A stretch of DNA of 64,000 nt from Bacillota bacterium (GTDB taxonomy: Bacteria > Bacillota > Sulfobacillia > JAJZIM01), in assembly GCA_021810565.1 (NCBI GenBank), contig JAJZIM010000002.1, positions 18,429 to 82,428 on the forward strand, given 5' to 3'. The notes beneath the pieces were generated by a model that was not told the origin of the DNA, ran no database searches, and worked only from the letters and a program-made list of their open reading frames with translations. A program made the translations under genes and the position numbers. Positions 1-9,865 of this stretch are shown here, one piece after another (position 1 is the first letter of the stretch; every line of letters begins with the position of its first letter).

Positions 1-713
1 AGATCGGCGCTCGGCGCGCCGCGCCGCAGGGCGGTGAGCGCCGCGGTCTTCAACCCGCTGAAGCTGAAGTCCGCAGAGTCTTGCCCCAACCAGGCCCGGG
101 GCAGGGGCACGGCCGCGGGATCCCCCCCTCGGGCCAGGCGCTCGAGTGCCGCTCCGCCGGGGTATCCCAACCCCATCTCCCGCGCCAGCTTGTCGAACGC
201 CTCCCCCGCGGCGTCGTCCCGGGTGCGTCCGAGCACCGTGAGGCGCTCCGCCGCGTCCAGCACCACCAGGTCCGTGTGGCCGCCGGACACCACCAGGCAT
301 ACCGCCGGCAGGGCCGGCGCCTCCGGCAGGAAATTGGCGTAGATGTGGGCCAGCACGTGGTGCACCCCCACCAGGGGCACGTCCAGCGCCCAGGCCAAGG
401 TCTTGGCGGTGCACACCCCCACCAGCAAGGCCCCCACCAGCCCCGGGCCCTGGGTCACGGCCACGGCGTCCACCGCCTCCAGCCGCACCCCTGAGCGCTC
501 CAGCGCCGCCGTCACGGCGGGCAGCAGCAGCTCCAGGTGGTGTCGGGAGGCGATCTCCGGCACCACTCCGCCGAAGCGGCGAAACAGCTCGGCTTGGCTG
601 GCCACCACGTCGGCCAGCACCCGCTGCCCGTCGGCCACCACCGCCGCCGCCGTCTCGTCGCAGCTGGTCTCGATGCCAAGCGTCAGATGCGCTCCGGTCG
701 GCCCTTCCGGCAT
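1..713 (-). CDS. tsaD: tRNA N6-adenosine threonylcarbamoyltransferase TsaD (Kae1/YgjD), N-terminal ~237 aa; gene continues past window start
   Basis: Manual minus-strand translation from ATG (cat at 711-713): MPEGPTGAHLTLGIETSCDETAAAVVADGQRVLADVV...SRHHLELL...TQGPGLVGALLVGV. The ORF track omits it because it is truncated. Completes the tsaE-tsaB-rimI-tsaD operon. Confidence 0.85.
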   Translation of the reverse strand, partial: MPEGPTGAHLTLGIETSCDETAAAVVADGQRVLADVVASQAELFRRFGGVVPEIASRHHLELLLPAVTAALERSGVRLEAVDAVAVTQGPGLVGALLVGVCTAKTLAWALDVPLVGVHHVLAHIYANFLPEAPALPAVCLVVSGGHTDLVVLDAAERLTVLGRTRDDAAGEAFDKLAREMGLGYPGGAALERLARGGDPAAVPLPRAWLGQDSADFSFSGLKTAALTALRRGAPSAD

Positions 714-732
714 CACCGCCCTCCCTTCCCGG

Positions 733-1158
733 CTACAGCTCCTCCAGCCACATGATGATGGCGTCCTCGTGGGTATCGGTGTAGTATCCCTTGCGCAAGC
801 CGCGGTTGACGAAGCCCAGCTTCCGGTACAGCGACTGGGCCACCAGGTTGGAGCGGCGCACCTCCAGGGTCATCCGCTGGGCCCCCAACTCGGCGGCCAG
901 CAGGATCAGCTCCCGCAGCAGCCGCTCCCCCACCCGCCGTCCGCGCAGCCTGGGCTCCACCGCGATGTTGGTGATATGGGCCTCGTCCAGAACGATCCAC
1001 ATTCCCGCGTAACCCACCGGCCGCTCCTCCGACACCGCCACGATGTAGTGGGCGTAGAGGTTCTCGGTCAGCTCGGCCAAGAAGGCCCGGGAGGACCAGG
1101 GCGTCGGGAAGGACCGCAGTTCGATCTGCTGCACCGCCGGCAGGTCGCCGGGGCGCAT
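733..1158 (-). CDS. rimI: ribosomal-protein-alanine N-acetyltransferase RimI (GNAT)
   Basis: Track ORF 733..1269 trimmed to the internal ATG (M38, cat at 1156-1158): MRPGDLPAVQQIELRSFPTPWSSRAF...VAEYAGMWIVLDEAHITNIAVEPRLRGRRVGERLL. GNAT motif present and it sits in the tsa operon. Confidence 0.85.
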   Translation of the reverse strand: MRPGDLPAVQQIELRSFPTPWSSRAFLAELTENLYAHYIVAVSEERPVGYAGMWIVLDEAHITNIAVEPRLRGRRVGERLLRELILLAAELGAQRMTLEVRRSNLVAQSLYRKLGFVNRGLRKGYYTDTHEDAIIMWLEEL

Positions 1159-1204
1159 CTCCCGCACCTTGAGCCCCCGCGGCCCCACCGCCTCGGGCGA
1201 GACG

Positions 1205-1927
1205 TCATCCCTGGGCGAGCTCTGCCTGCGACGGCTTGAGATAAACGGGAAGGAGAGCCATCGGGTCATCCTGCATCCCCTCCTCCAGGCGGCGCAACCC
1301 CAGCCGGGCCACCTTGGCCCCTTGGGGCAAGCCCGCCGGTCCCGGTCTGAACAATGCCCGCCTCCCCAGCGCGTCCTGCAAGAGAAGGCGGTGCCGCACC
1401 GCCGCGTCCCCCAACAACGCCACCTCCTGCTCCTGCCGCGCCAGCCAGGCGGCCAGGTCCCGCACCGCGCCGATCCCCGGCTCTCCCGTCGCCCGGGGCT
1501 CGCCCGCCGCGCGGTGGTAGACCCGATAGTAGACGTTCTCCCGCCTGGCGTCCAGCATGGCGCAAATCAGCGGCGCCGGCGGCGGCAACTCCCAGGCCAG
1601 GGCATCCAGGCTCGGCACCCCCACCAGGGGTATGCCGCGGGCCCAGGCCAGGGCCTTGGCCGTGGCGACCCCGATGCGCACGCCGGTGAAGGAGCCGGGG
1701 CCCACGCCCACCGCCACGGCGGCGAGCCCTTCCCGGCCCACCCCCGAGCACTCCAGCACCCGGATGGTCAAGGGCAGCAGGACGCTGCCATGAATCTTCT
1801 GCCCTTCCAGACGCTCCTGGGCCAACACTCGGTCGGCGGCGACCACGGCCACGGTGCACACCGCAGTGGAGGTATCCAAGCCCAGGATCGCACCCTCGCG
1901 GATATCACCGCCCCCTTTTTCCCCCAT
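1205..1927 (-). CDS. tsaB: tRNA threonylcarbamoyladenosine biosynthesis protein TsaB (YeaZ)
   Basis: ORF 1205..2092 trimmed to M56 (MGEKGGGDIREGAILGLDTSTAVCTVAVV...). ATG overlaps the tsaE stop by 1 nt (TAATG-type coupling). Confidence 0.8.
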   Translation of the reverse strand: MGEKGGGDIREGAILGLDTSTAVCTVAVVAADRVLAQERLEGQKIHGSVLLPLTIRVLECSGVGREGLAAVAVGVGPGSFTGVRIGVATAKALAWARGIPLVGVPSLDALAWELPPPAPLICAMLDARRENVYYRVYHRAAGEPRATGEPGIGAVRDLAAWLARQEQEVALLGDAAVRHRLLLQDALGRRALFRPGPAGLPQGAKVARLGLRRLEEGMQDDPMALLPVYLKPSQAELAQG

Positions 1928-2406
1928 TATAACCCCGCGGGCTCCCCTTGGGTAGCCGCCAGGGCCGCCACCACCGCGGCGAGCGCAGTCCCGTGGGCGG
2001 TGAGGCGGATCCGGCGCACCCCGTCCGGGAGCACTTCCAGCCGCACCTCCAGCCGCCGGGGCGGCAACAGCTCCGCACACCGGTCCGCCCACTCCACCAG
2101 GGCCACCCCTTCCCCCCCCAGGTATTCTTCCCAGTCCAACGCCGTCTCGGTCTGCGGCTGCTCCAGCCGGTAGAAGTCCAGGTGGTAGACCGGACCCGGG
2201 TATTCGTGCACCAGGGAGAAGCTGGGGCTGTGCAGGTAACCATGCACCCCCAGCCCCTCCAACACCCCACGGGCGAAGGTGGTCTTGCCGGCTCCCAGCT
2301 CCCCCACCAGGGCCACCGCCGCCCCGGGGAAAAGCAGCCGACCCAGGGCGCGGCCCAGCGCCTCGGTGTCCTGGGCCGCGGGGCAGCGCACGCTCCAGGA
2401 CCTCAT
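1927..2406 (-). CDS. tsaE: tRNA threonylcarbamoyladenosine biosynthesis ATPase TsaE (YjeE)
   Basis: ORF 1927..2871 trimmed to M156 (MRSWSVRCPAAQDTEALGRALG...VALVGELGAGKTTFARG). P-loop present. ATG overlaps the thiL stop (ATGA). Confidence 0.85.
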   Translation of the reverse strand: MRSWSVRCPAAQDTEALGRALGRLLFPGAAVALVGELGAGKTTFARGVLEGLGVHGYLHSPSFSLVHEYPGPVYHLDFYRLEQPQTETALDWEEYLGGEGVALVEWADRCAELLPPRRLEVRLEVLPDGVRRIRLTAHGTALAAVVAALAATQGEPAGL

Positions 2407-3398
2407 CGGAAACTGTCCCATCCCCATCCCTCCAAGGGCCGCTCCCTTCCCGACGCCTCTACCACCCGGATGCCCTCGCCGGCCGGCAACACCTCTCCCA
2501 CCACGGTGAGCGGCGTGCCGGTGGCCCCAACCACCTCCGAAATCAACCGCCCGGCCGCTGGGACCGGGGCGGTGCACAACAGCTCGTAGTCCTCCCCGCC
2601 GAAGAGCGCCGGCTCCCAGGCCGGTCGACCCACCACGGCCGCGGCCCGACGCACGGCGGCCGACAGCGGCAACCGGTCCAAAAAGACCCGGAAGCCCACC
2701 CTCCCGGCCTCGGCCAGCTCCCGCAGCTCCGAGGCCAAGCCGTCGCTGACGTCGTCGGCGGCGGTGGCGCCCCCCGACGCCAGCCTCCTCCCCTCCTCCA
2801 GGCGGGGCAGCGGCCGGCGCTGGGCCTGGAGCAGTTCCTCTCGTGGCGGGCAGCGCCCCTCCATGGCCCACAGGCCGGCCATCCCCTTGCCCAAAGTGCC
2901 CGTGACCAAGAGCCGCTCGCCGGGATGCGCCCCCGCCCGGCGCAGGGCGCGGCCCACCGGCACCTCGCCCAGGACCGTCACGCTCACCGTCACCGCCTGG
3001 GCCCGCACCGTGTCGCCGCCCACCAAGGCCACCTCGTACCGTTCGGCCAATTCATGCAGCCCGGCGTAGAAGCCCTCGACCCAGGCCGCGGACATATCGG
3101 GCGGCAGGGCCAAGGACACCAGGCAGTAGCGGGGCGTCCCCCCCATGGCGGCCACGTCGCTCAGGGAAACCGCCAAGGACTTCCACCCGACGTCCCGGGG
3201 GCCGAAGCCGTCCCGACGAAAATGCACGTTCTCCACCAGGGTGTCGCAGGTGGCCACCTGCCAGCCGCGGGCCGGCTCCAGGAGCGCGGCGTCGTCCCCG
3301 ATGCCCAGGACGACTCCCGAAGGGGCCGGCGGCGCCGCGTCCCGGATGCGCCGCACCAGGGCGGCCTCCCCGATCTCCCGCAGCTCTTCCCTAGACAT
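2403..3398 (-). CDS. thiL: thiamine-monophosphate kinase ThiL
   Basis: ORF 2403..4094 trimmed to the internal ATG (cat at 3396-3398), 331 aa: MSREELREIGEAALVRRIRDA...LGIGDDAALLEP...VENVHF...GGDT. AIR-synthase/ThiL fold motifs. Confidence 0.85.
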   Translation of the reverse strand: MSREELREIGEAALVRRIRDAAPPAPSGVVLGIGDDAALLEPARGWQVATCDTLVENVHFRRDGFGPRDVGWKSLAVSLSDVAAMGGTPRYCLVSLALPPDMSAAWVEGFYAGLHELAERYEVALVGGDTVRAQAVTVSVTVLGEVPVGRALRRAGAHPGERLLVTGTLGKGMAGLWAMEGRCPPREELLQAQRRPLPRLEEGRRLASGGATAADDVSDGLASELRELAEAGRVGFRVFLDRLPLSAAVRRAAAVVGRPAWEPALFGGEDYELLCTAPVPAAGRLISEVVGATGTPLTVVGEVLPAGEGIRVVEASGRERPLEGWGWDSFR

Positions 3399-3993
3399 CG
3401 GCTCCCAGCGCGTCGTAGGCGGCCCGGATCTGCCGGAAGTCCTCCCACACCGGACGCTTCTTGCTCTCGTCCCGCAGCAGCGCCGCCGGGTGGAAGGTGG
3501 GGAAGTAGCGGATGCCGTCCCGCTCCACCACCTGCCCGCGCAGTCTGGTGATCCGCGCCTGCGGGTCCACCAGGGTCTGGGTGGCCAGCGCCCCCAGGCA
3601 GACCACCAGGGCCGGTCGGATGAGGGACAGCTTGAGCTCCAGCCAGGAGCGGCAGGCCGCCACCTCCCGGGGCTCGGGCAGGCGATTGCCCGGGGGGCGG
3701 CACATGACCACGTTGGTGATGTAGACCTCCTCCCGCCGGAAGCCCGCCGCGGCCAGGATGCGGTCCAGGAGCTGCCCCGCCGCCCCCACGAAGGGCCGGC
3801 CAACCTCGTCCTCCCGGGCGCCGGGTCCCTCCCCCACCAACACCAGCGCGGCATGGGGATCCCCCTCTCCGAAAACCACCCCCCGACAACCCTCGCGCAG
3901 GCCGCAGCGCCGGCAGCGCCCGGCCTCGGCGGCCAACTCCGCCAAGGTGCCCCGCTCCACGAAACCCAACCGCTGTTGCTCCGGCATCGCCAT
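3391..3993 (-). CDS. family 4 uracil-DNA glycosylase
   Basis: 200 aa containing CRRCGL...VVFGEGDPHAALVLVGEGPGAREDEVGRPFVGAAGQLLD, the classic family-4 UDG motifs GEGPG and PFVG. Confidence 0.85.
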   Translation of the reverse strand: MAMPEQQRLGFVERGTLAELAAEAGRCRRCGLREGCRGVVFGEGDPHAALVLVGEGPGAREDEVGRPFVGAAGQLLDRILAAAGFRREEVYITNVVMCRPPGNRLPEPREVAACRSWLELKLSLIRPALVVCLGALATQTLVDPQARITRLRGQVVERDGIRYFPTFHPAALLRDESKKRPVWEDFRQIRAAYDALGADV

Positions 3994-4115
3994 CCCTCCC
4001 GAGGAGGAGAATACGACCCGGCCCAGGCAAATCCTGCTCCCCCGGCGGCAGGAACCGTCTCCGCCCCCGTCGAAGAGGGCCTCAAGACGGACAATTACCC
4101 TGAGGCGGTGCCCGG

Positions 4116-5225
4116 TTGCTGCATTATCTTGTGCTGCAGCTTCGCTATATCGTGCTCCCGGACGTGACGGCCACCACGCAGACCATCCTGCTGGAGGCCG
4201 CCTTCTGGCTGGTGTTGACCTTCCTGCTGGGCGGCCTGATCCGCGGCCTGATCCCCCTGAACTGGCTGCGCCGGCGGCTGGGCGGCCGGGGTGCGCGGCC
4301 AGTGGCCTGGGCCACCTTCCTGGGGATGTTGCTGCCCATGTGCAGCTGCGGCGCCATCCCCTTGGGGATCAGCCTGTACTACTTCGGCGCCCGGCTGCCC
4401 ACCGCCCTAGCCTTCATGGGCGCGAACCCCATCATCAACCCGGCGGCAGTCCTGCTCTCCTACGCGCTCTTGGGCCCGCGCTGGACCGCGGCCTACCTGG
4501 CGGCGGGTTTCCTGGTGCCCGTGCTCATGGGCGTGGTCGCCAGCCGCTTCGGGGGGCTGGAGCTGGAGGCCGCCAAGCGCACCGGGGCGCCGCTTTTGAG
4601 CTGGGGGGACGCCGCCGGCCTGAGCCTGCCCCGCCGGGTATTCCACGGCCTGCGCTGGGGCTTCCTCGAGTTGGGTCCTTTAGTGAGCCTGTACGTGCTC
4701 CTGGGCGCCGTGCTCACCGGCGTGGTCACCGCCATCTACCCCCGGGGGATGTCCCTGGACGCGGCGTCGCTGCCCTCCCTGCTGCCCGTGGCCGCCGTGG
4801 CGGGCCTGATGTATGTGTGCGCCGTGGCCTTCATCCCCGCCGTGGCCTATGCCGTGGTGGCCCTGGGGCTGTCCCCCGGCGGCGCCATGGTCTTCCTGAT
4901 CGTGGGGGCCGCCACCAACCTGCCGGAGCTCTTGAGCATCTGGCGCCTCATCGGCCGACGGGCGGTGCTGATTTACGGCCTGGTCTTGATCGGCCTGGCG
5001 CTGGTAGCCGGATGGCTGGTCAACCGCTGGCTGGGGCCGTCCTTCTTTCCGGCGGTGGCGGCGCCGGCCGCCCATGCGGCCCGCCATGCCGCCGCCTTCC
5101 TCTACCCGACGGCGCCCCTGCCCCTGGACCAGGCGGCCATGGGGCTGGTCATCCTGCTGGGCCTATGGGGCCTGGCCGGACGGGTGGCCCGCCGGCTGCG
5201 CCCGAGCGCCCCTCAGCCCAGGTAG
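4116..5225 (+). CDS. DUF318/YraQ-family predicted permease
   Basis: 369 aa with multiple TM segments and the conserved CSCGAIP motif typical of COG0701 permeases. The exact start is uncertain. Confidence 0.65.
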   Translation: MLHYLVLQLRYIVLPDVTATTQTILLEAAFWLVLTFLLGGLIRGLIPLNWLRRRLGGRGARPVAWATFLGMLLPMCSCGAIPLGISLYYFGARLPTALAFMGANPIINPAAVLLSYALLGPRWTAAYLAAGFLVPVLMGVVASRFGGLELEAAKRTGAPLLSWGDAAGLSLPRRVFHGLRWGFLELGPLVSLYVLLGAVLTGVVTAIYPRGMSLDAASLPSLLPVAAVAGLMYVCAVAFIPAVAYAVVALGLSPGGAMVFLIVGAATNLPELLSIWRLIGRRAVLIYGLVLIGLALVAGWLVNRWLGPSFFPAVAAPAAHAARHAAAFLYPTAPLPLDQAAMGLVILLGLWGLAGRVARRLRPSAPQPR

Positions 5226-6220
5226 ACGGCCAGGTGGCGGGCCGCCGCCGCCTCCCAAGTGTGCCGCTCGCAGTAGGCCCGAGCCGCCTGGATGAGGGCC
5301 GCCTGCGCGGCCGGATCCCCCAACAGCTGGGCCACCCCGGCGGCGATGGTGTCGGCGTCCCCCGCCGGCAGCTTGCGCACCTCGGGTCCCAGGTCGGAGA
5401 AGAAGGAGGTGTCCGTGACCAGGACGGGCCGGGCGGCGGCCAAAGCCACGCGCACCGCGGCGGAGGTGCCCACGGCCCGGTGCTCGCGGTAGGGCAGGAC
5501 CACCAGGTCCAAGGCGGACAAGCGCCGCACCGCCTCCTCCTCCGGCAGGTAGCCCTCCCACATCGTCACCCCTCCCAGCCGGCGCTCCCGGAGGTGATCC
5601 AGGAAATGGGCCAGGCTACGCCGCGAGGTGTCGTTAGGCGCCGCGCTGGTCAGGAAAAAGGCGCCGAGCTCCGGGCGGCTCTCCTGCAGCTTCGCCACCG
5701 CGTCCAGGAGCGGGATCATCGCCTTGTGCGGGTAGGCGAAGCCGAAGAACCCCACGGCGGGGCCGTCTCCCACCCCGAGCTCCCGGCGCAGCCCCTCCCG
5801 GGGCACTACGGCGGGGCGCGGCGTCGGCATAGCGATCAACTCGATGCGCCCGGGGTCCGCCCCCGCCGCGATCAGCCCTCGGCGCACCAACTCGGAATGC
5901 ACGATGATCCGGGAGCAGGCGCAGATCAGGGCGTTGTGGTCGGCAAGCTCGGGCGCGAAGGAGTGCGCCGTCACCACCGCGCCCCGGCCGCGCCGGTGCA
6001 GCCGGCGCAACAGCTCCCGCAGCGCGGTCGGGTCGTGCAGGCTGTACTCGTATTGCAGATGGACCCGTCTGCCCCGTGCGCGCTGCTCCAAGCCGTCCAC
6101 GCTGCCGACCACCTCCACCGGGTGGCCCAGCCCCTCCAGGGCCGCCGTCAGGGACCGGGCATACTCCGCCACCCCGCAGGGCCTGCCCCAACTGGGCACC
6201 ACCATCACCGTCCCGTTCAT
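5213..6220 (-). CDS. glycosyltransferase, GT-B fold (GT4-like)
   Basis: ORF 5213..6322 trimmed to M35 (MNGTVMVVPSWGRPCGVAEYARSL...). It is the last gene of the 22-gene co-directional glycosylation locus. Confidence 0.7.
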   Translation of the reverse strand: MNGTVMVVPSWGRPCGVAEYARSLTAALEGLGHPVEVVGSVDGLEQRARGRRVHLQYEYSLHDPTALRELLRRLHRRGRGAVVTAHSFAPELADHNALICACSRIIVHSELVRRGLIAAGADPGRIELIAMPTPRPAVVPREGLRRELGVGDGPAVGFFGFAYPHKAMIPLLDAVAKLQESRPELGAFFLTSAAPNDTSRRSLAHFLDHLRERRLGGVTMWEGYLPEEEAVRRLSALDLVVLPYREHRAVGTSAAVRVALAAARPVLVTDTSFFSDLGPEVRKLPAGDADTIAAGVAQLLGDPAAQAALIQAARAYCERHTWEAAAARHLAVYLG

Positions 6221-6314
6221 GGGACAAACCTGCGGCCCCGCCCGGGGCGCCACGCGCTCATAGGTGATGGTGCCCCAATGCAGCCCCTTCTCGGCCCTGA
6301 CCACGCGCACCTCG

Positions 6315-7433
6315 TCAGGCATCGCCCGCCACCACCTTCAGCCGCCCGACCATCCGAGGGGCCACCTTCCGCCAGTCCAGGCGGGCCATGTCGGCCGCCG
6401 CTCGGCGTCCCGTCTCCCTGACCTGAGCCGGGTGGGTGAAGACCCAGCGCATGGCCGCCTTGAGCGCCTCCGGATCCGGGCGCGCCCAGCGGCTGCCCGC
6501 GTAGATCTGATCGTTGGGGTGATCGCAGGGCGGTACCCGCTCCAGACCGGCGACGGCCACCGGATAACCGTTGGCCGCGTCGACGAAATCCCCCGGCGCC
6601 GACCAGGCCGGCAGGATGCAGGGACGGGCGCAGGCCATGGCCTCCGCCGCCGGCAGGTTCCATCCCTCGCCGCGGCTGGCGCTGACGTAGCAGTCCACAG
6701 CGGTGTAGACGGACCCGATCCGCGCCACGCTCACCATTCCCGGCAACAGGACCACCCGCGGTGGCCGGGGAAAGGGCTCGAGCAGCCGCTCCATCTCCCG
6801 CCGGATCTTTTCGCCCCGGGGATCGAAATCAGGCCCGTTGGAGTAGGCCTTGATGAACAGGCAGACGTCCTCCTCCCGCCGGAACTCCCCGGCATAGGCC
6901 GCCAGCAGCAGGTCATACCCCTTGCGGGGCACCCACTCGAAGCTGGACAGAAAGTTGAAGGAGGCCCGCCCCGGCAGCGGCACCGGCGCCAAGCCGGGGT
7001 GGAAACGGCGGGTGTCCACCCCCACCGGCATGAGCTGCAGCCGCTCGGGAGCCACCCCGCTGGCCCGGAAGGTACCCAGGTTGAAGCTGGACGGCACCCA
7101 TACCTCGTCCAGGTCGTTGCAGCGCTCCACCCACAAGGGCGGGATGCGGTCCACCTCCAGCATGGTGTAGCCGATGCACGGCCTGCCCGGCACCCGCTCG
7201 AAGAAGTTGGCCACACTCACGTAGATCACCGGACCCCGCGGGTCCTCCGGGCGCCCTCCCATGCACTCCAACCGGCGCCGCAGCGGTGGATCCAGCTCCA
7301 CCCCGGCATAGCCCCAGGGCAGCGCCCGCAGCGCCACCTCCACCCCCTGCTCCTCCAGATGCACCGCCACCTGGCGCGTCAGTTCCGCGTATCCCGATGC
7401 GTCATATACCGGTCCCTTGACCGTCACCCGCAT
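6315..7433 (-). CDS. glycosyltransferase, GT-B fold (GT4 / 'group 1')
   Basis: ORF 6315..7625 trimmed to M65 (cat at 7431-7433): MRVTVKGPVYDASGYAELTRQ...RGEGWNLPAAEAMACARPCI. EX7E-like C-terminal GT4 motif. Confidence 0.75.
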   Translation of the reverse strand: MRVTVKGPVYDASGYAELTRQVAVHLEEQGVEVALRALPWGYAGVELDPPLRRRLECMGGRPEDPRGPVIYVSVANFFERVPGRPCIGYTMLEVDRIPPLWVERCNDLDEVWVPSSFNLGTFRASGVAPERLQLMPVGVDTRRFHPGLAPVPLPGRASFNFLSSFEWVPRKGYDLLLAAYAGEFRREEDVCLFIKAYSNGPDFDPRGEKIRREMERLLEPFPRPPRVVLLPGMVSVARIGSVYTAVDCYVSASRGEGWNLPAAEAMACARPCILPAWSAPGDFVDAANGYPVAVAGLERVPPCDHPNDQIYAGSRWARPDPEALKAAMRWVFTHPAQVRETGRRAAADMARLDWRKVAPRMVGRLKVVAGDA

Positions 7434-7446
7434 GCGTGCTCCTCCT

Positions 7447-8136
7447 CTAGACCCGGGGGCCCGGCCCCCAGCGGCGGAAGTAGCGGTCCATGTTGAGCCC
7501 GGGCGCCTCCCCCTGCCCGATCCGGCCGCGGGTGCCCATCCCCTGGTGCCAAACCGCTCCGGCGCGACTGACCTCGACCGCGAAGCCCGCCTCCAGCACC
7601 CGATTGTTGTAGTCCCAGTCCTCATAGCCGCCGCAAGCCAGGTAGCCCTCGTCGAAACCCCCCACCCGCCGCACCACCCTGACCGGCATCACCCAGGGAC
7701 AGCCGTTGCCCGGCTCCCGCTCATCCCGATGCTCCCGCATGAAGGCCGAGGCCCGCTCGTCGTTCCACTCTTCCCGCCGCCCCGGCAGGTTCCAGGCCGC
7801 CACCTTCCCTATCTGCGGCTGCCTTTCCAGGACCCCCGCCAATCCCTCCAGCCAGCCCGGGAAAAAGACCATGTCGTTGTGGACCCAGGCCACGTAGGGC
7901 AGCTTCTCCGCCAGCAGCGTGCGCAGTCCCTGGTTCAAGGCCTGGGCCAGGGAGATGCCCTCCGGATTGGCCAACACCTCGATTCCCCGGCGGCCCAGCA
8001 GCTCCACCGTCGCGTCCGCCGAGCCCCCGTCCACCACCAAGAGCCGCGGCTGCCCACCGGCGCGCTCCAGGCTGTCCAAGGCCTCCCGCGTCATCTCCCA
8101 GAAGCCGCAGGTGGTCAGGATGATCCCGATCCGCAT
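7447..8136 (-). CDS. small GT2-family glycosyltransferase, paralog family A (copy 1 of 4)
   Basis: Trimmed to M51: MRIGIILTTCGFWEMTREALDSL...LLVVDGGSADAT...WVHNDMVFFPGWLEGL...YEDWDYNNRVLEAG. The same signature recurs at 21759, 23482 and 27108. Confidence 0.75.
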   Translation of the reverse strand: MRIGIILTTCGFWEMTREALDSLERAGGQPRLLVVDGGSADATVELLGRRGIEVLANPEGISLAQALNQGLRTLLAEKLPYVAWVHNDMVFFPGWLEGLAGVLERQPQIGKVAAWNLPGRREEWNDERASAFMREHRDEREPGNGCPWVMPVRVVRRVGGFDEGYLACGGYEDWDYNNRVLEAGFAVEVSRAGAVWHQGMGTRGRIGQGEAPGLNMDRYFRRWGPGPRV

Positions 8137-8834
8137 GAGGCGTCCTCCTTGCGCCGCACAAACTCCCGGATCGCCTCGGGATGCTCCCGGGTGAAGGGCC
8201 GCACCGGCCGGTCGTCCAGGATGGTGTCCGGGTTCACCCCGGCATAGCGATCCGGATCGCCCTCCAGCCGGGCATACTTCTCCCACCGCCGGAAGATGGC
8301 CCGGGGCGGCTTCACGTAGCCGTAGTGCACGAAAAAGATGCCCGCGTCCCGCACCCGCGGTCCCACCCCCACCGGATGTTCATGCACCGCCCCTTCCCAG
8401 TGCAAGGCGGCCGTGCGTCGGATCAGGACCAGGCGCCGGTACTGCTCATCGTGGTCGGCGGCGTTCTGCACGTGGCCGAAGTCCCGCATCAGATGGAAGA
8501 AATAGCTGTAGTAGGCGTCGGCGTCGGAGGCGACCAGCTGCGGGATCCGCCGGGCGGCGTCGGCATAGAACACCATGTCGGCGTCCATGGGCATGACCCA
8601 CCGACCCACGCTGGCCGCCAGGGCCAGGTTCCGCAGCGCCGCGTAGTTCTCGACCCGGGAGCGCAAGAGGCGCACCTTGGGAAAGGCCCGGGCGACGGCA
8701 TCGGTGCCGTCCGAGGAGTAGCCGTCCACCACCACCACCTCGTCCGCCGCCTCGTGCACCGACCGGAGGGAGTACGGCAGGTACTCCGCCTCGTCTTTCA
8801 CGATGTACAAGACACTCAAAGCCCGCTCGCGCAC
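8115..8834 (-). CDS. GT2-family glycosyltransferase
   Basis: 239 aa: MRERALSVLYIVKDEAEYLPYSLRSVHEAADEVVVVDGYSSDGTDAV. GT-A N-terminal DxD-region architecture. Confidence 0.7.
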   Translation of the reverse strand: MRERALSVLYIVKDEAEYLPYSLRSVHEAADEVVVVDGYSSDGTDAVARAFPKVRLLRSRVENYAALRNLALAASVGRWVMPMDADMVFYADAARRIPQLVASDADAYYSYFFHLMRDFGHVQNAADHDEQYRRLVLIRRTAALHWEGAVHEHPVGVGPRVRDAGIFFVHYGYVKPPRAIFRRWEKYARLEGDPDRYAGVNPDTILDDRPVRPFTREHPEAIREFVRRKEDASCGSGSS

Positions 8835-9865
8835 CTTGGACCTCCTCGTCTCGACAGATCTGCCGGTCCCACCCGCCGTCCCGCAGGGATCCGTACGTCG
8901 GGCGGCACCCGCGTGTTCGGCTCCACCGTGCTTCCCGCCCCCAGGGTCACCCGAGCACCCAGCATCGCCCGGGCGCCCACCCGGGCACCCTCACCCACCA
9001 CGCAGCCGTCGGCCAGCACGCAGCGCTCCAGCACCGCTCCCGCCTCCACCTGCACCCCGTCCCACAGCACGCATCCCTCCAGCCGGGCGCCGCGCTCCAC
9101 GCGGCAGCCCCGACCCAGCACCACCGGCGGCTGCAGTTGCGCCGTCGCCTCCACCCGGCTGTCCGCGCCCAGCAGGAGTCCGGGGCCAGGGGTCAGCATG
9201 TCCCCCTGGACCGCCAGATAATCCCGGACCTCCCCCACGTCCCGCCAGGCGCCCCGCAAGAGACACCCGCGGACGGACCCGGCCTCGCAAAGCCGCGGCA
9301 GGACTTCCCGCCCGAAATCCCGCCGCTGCCCCGGCGGCAGCCAGGACAGGGCCGCCGGCTCCAAAACGTAGATCCCCGCGCTGGCCAGGAAACCGGGGGC
9401 CACCCTGCCCGGCTTCTCCACGAACCGCTCCACCGTGGCGCCGCGGCAGCGGGCATACCCCAGCCGACCCGGATCCCGCCGGCGCAGCAGGGCCAGCGTG
9501 ACCAAGCCGCCCGCCTCCCGGTGGTGCCGCACCAGCCGCCGCAGGTCGAGCCGCAACCAAAGGTCCCCCATCAGCACCAACAGCGGCCGGCGGCTCCCCT
9601 CGACCACGGCCCGCACCGCCCCAGCGGTGCCCAGCTCCCGAGCCTCCCGCCGCACCGTCAGGCGCATCCCCGGGGGGAAGGCCTCCCTGAAGCCGTCCCG
9701 GGCCCCGGCAAGCAGCTCCACCCGGGGGAAGCCCTGCGCGCGCAACTGCTCCAGCAGGTGGGCCAAAAGCGGTCGATCCCCCACCGGCAGCATGGGTTTG
9801 GGCCGGGAGAGGGTCAGCGGCCACAGGCGCCGGCCCCGCCCCCCCGCCAAGATCAGCACGCGCAA
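8816..9865 (-). CDS. NDP-sugar pyrophosphorylase (nucleotidyltransferase domain plus C-terminal left-handed beta-helix; mannose-1-P guanylyltransferase / G1P-thymidylyltransferase-like)
   Basis: TTG start: MRVLILAGGRGRRLWPLTLSRPKPMLPVGDRPLL (the GXGXR NTP-transferase motif). The C-terminus is rich in hexapeptide-like repeats (VGEGARVGARAMLGARVTLGAGSTV). Confidence 0.8.
   Translation of the reverse strand: MRVLILAGGRGRRLWPLTLSRPKPMLPVGDRPLLAHLLEQLRAQGFPRVELLAGARDGFREAFPPGMRLTVRREARELGTAGAVRAVVEGSRRPLLVLMGDLWLRLDLRRLVRHHREAGGLVTLALLRRRDPGRLGYARCRGATVERFVEKPGRVAPGFLASAGIYVLEPAALSWLPPGQRRDFGREVLPRLCEAGSVRGCLLRGAWRDVGEVRDYLAVQGDMLTPGPGLLLGADSRVEATAQLQPPVVLGRGCRVERGARLEGCVLWDGVQVEAGAVLERCVLADGCVVGEGARVGARAMLGARVTLGAGSTVEPNTRVPPDVRIPAGRRVGPADLSRRGGPRCASGL

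Noticed and set aside
3758-6421. 887-aa plus-strand ORF (and 343..1239, 1169..2173, 6264..7496 etc.)
   Set aside because: Low-complexity P/R/G/A-rich translations lying antisense to clearly recognisable genes. Typical stop-codon-poor artefacts of ~70% GC DNA.
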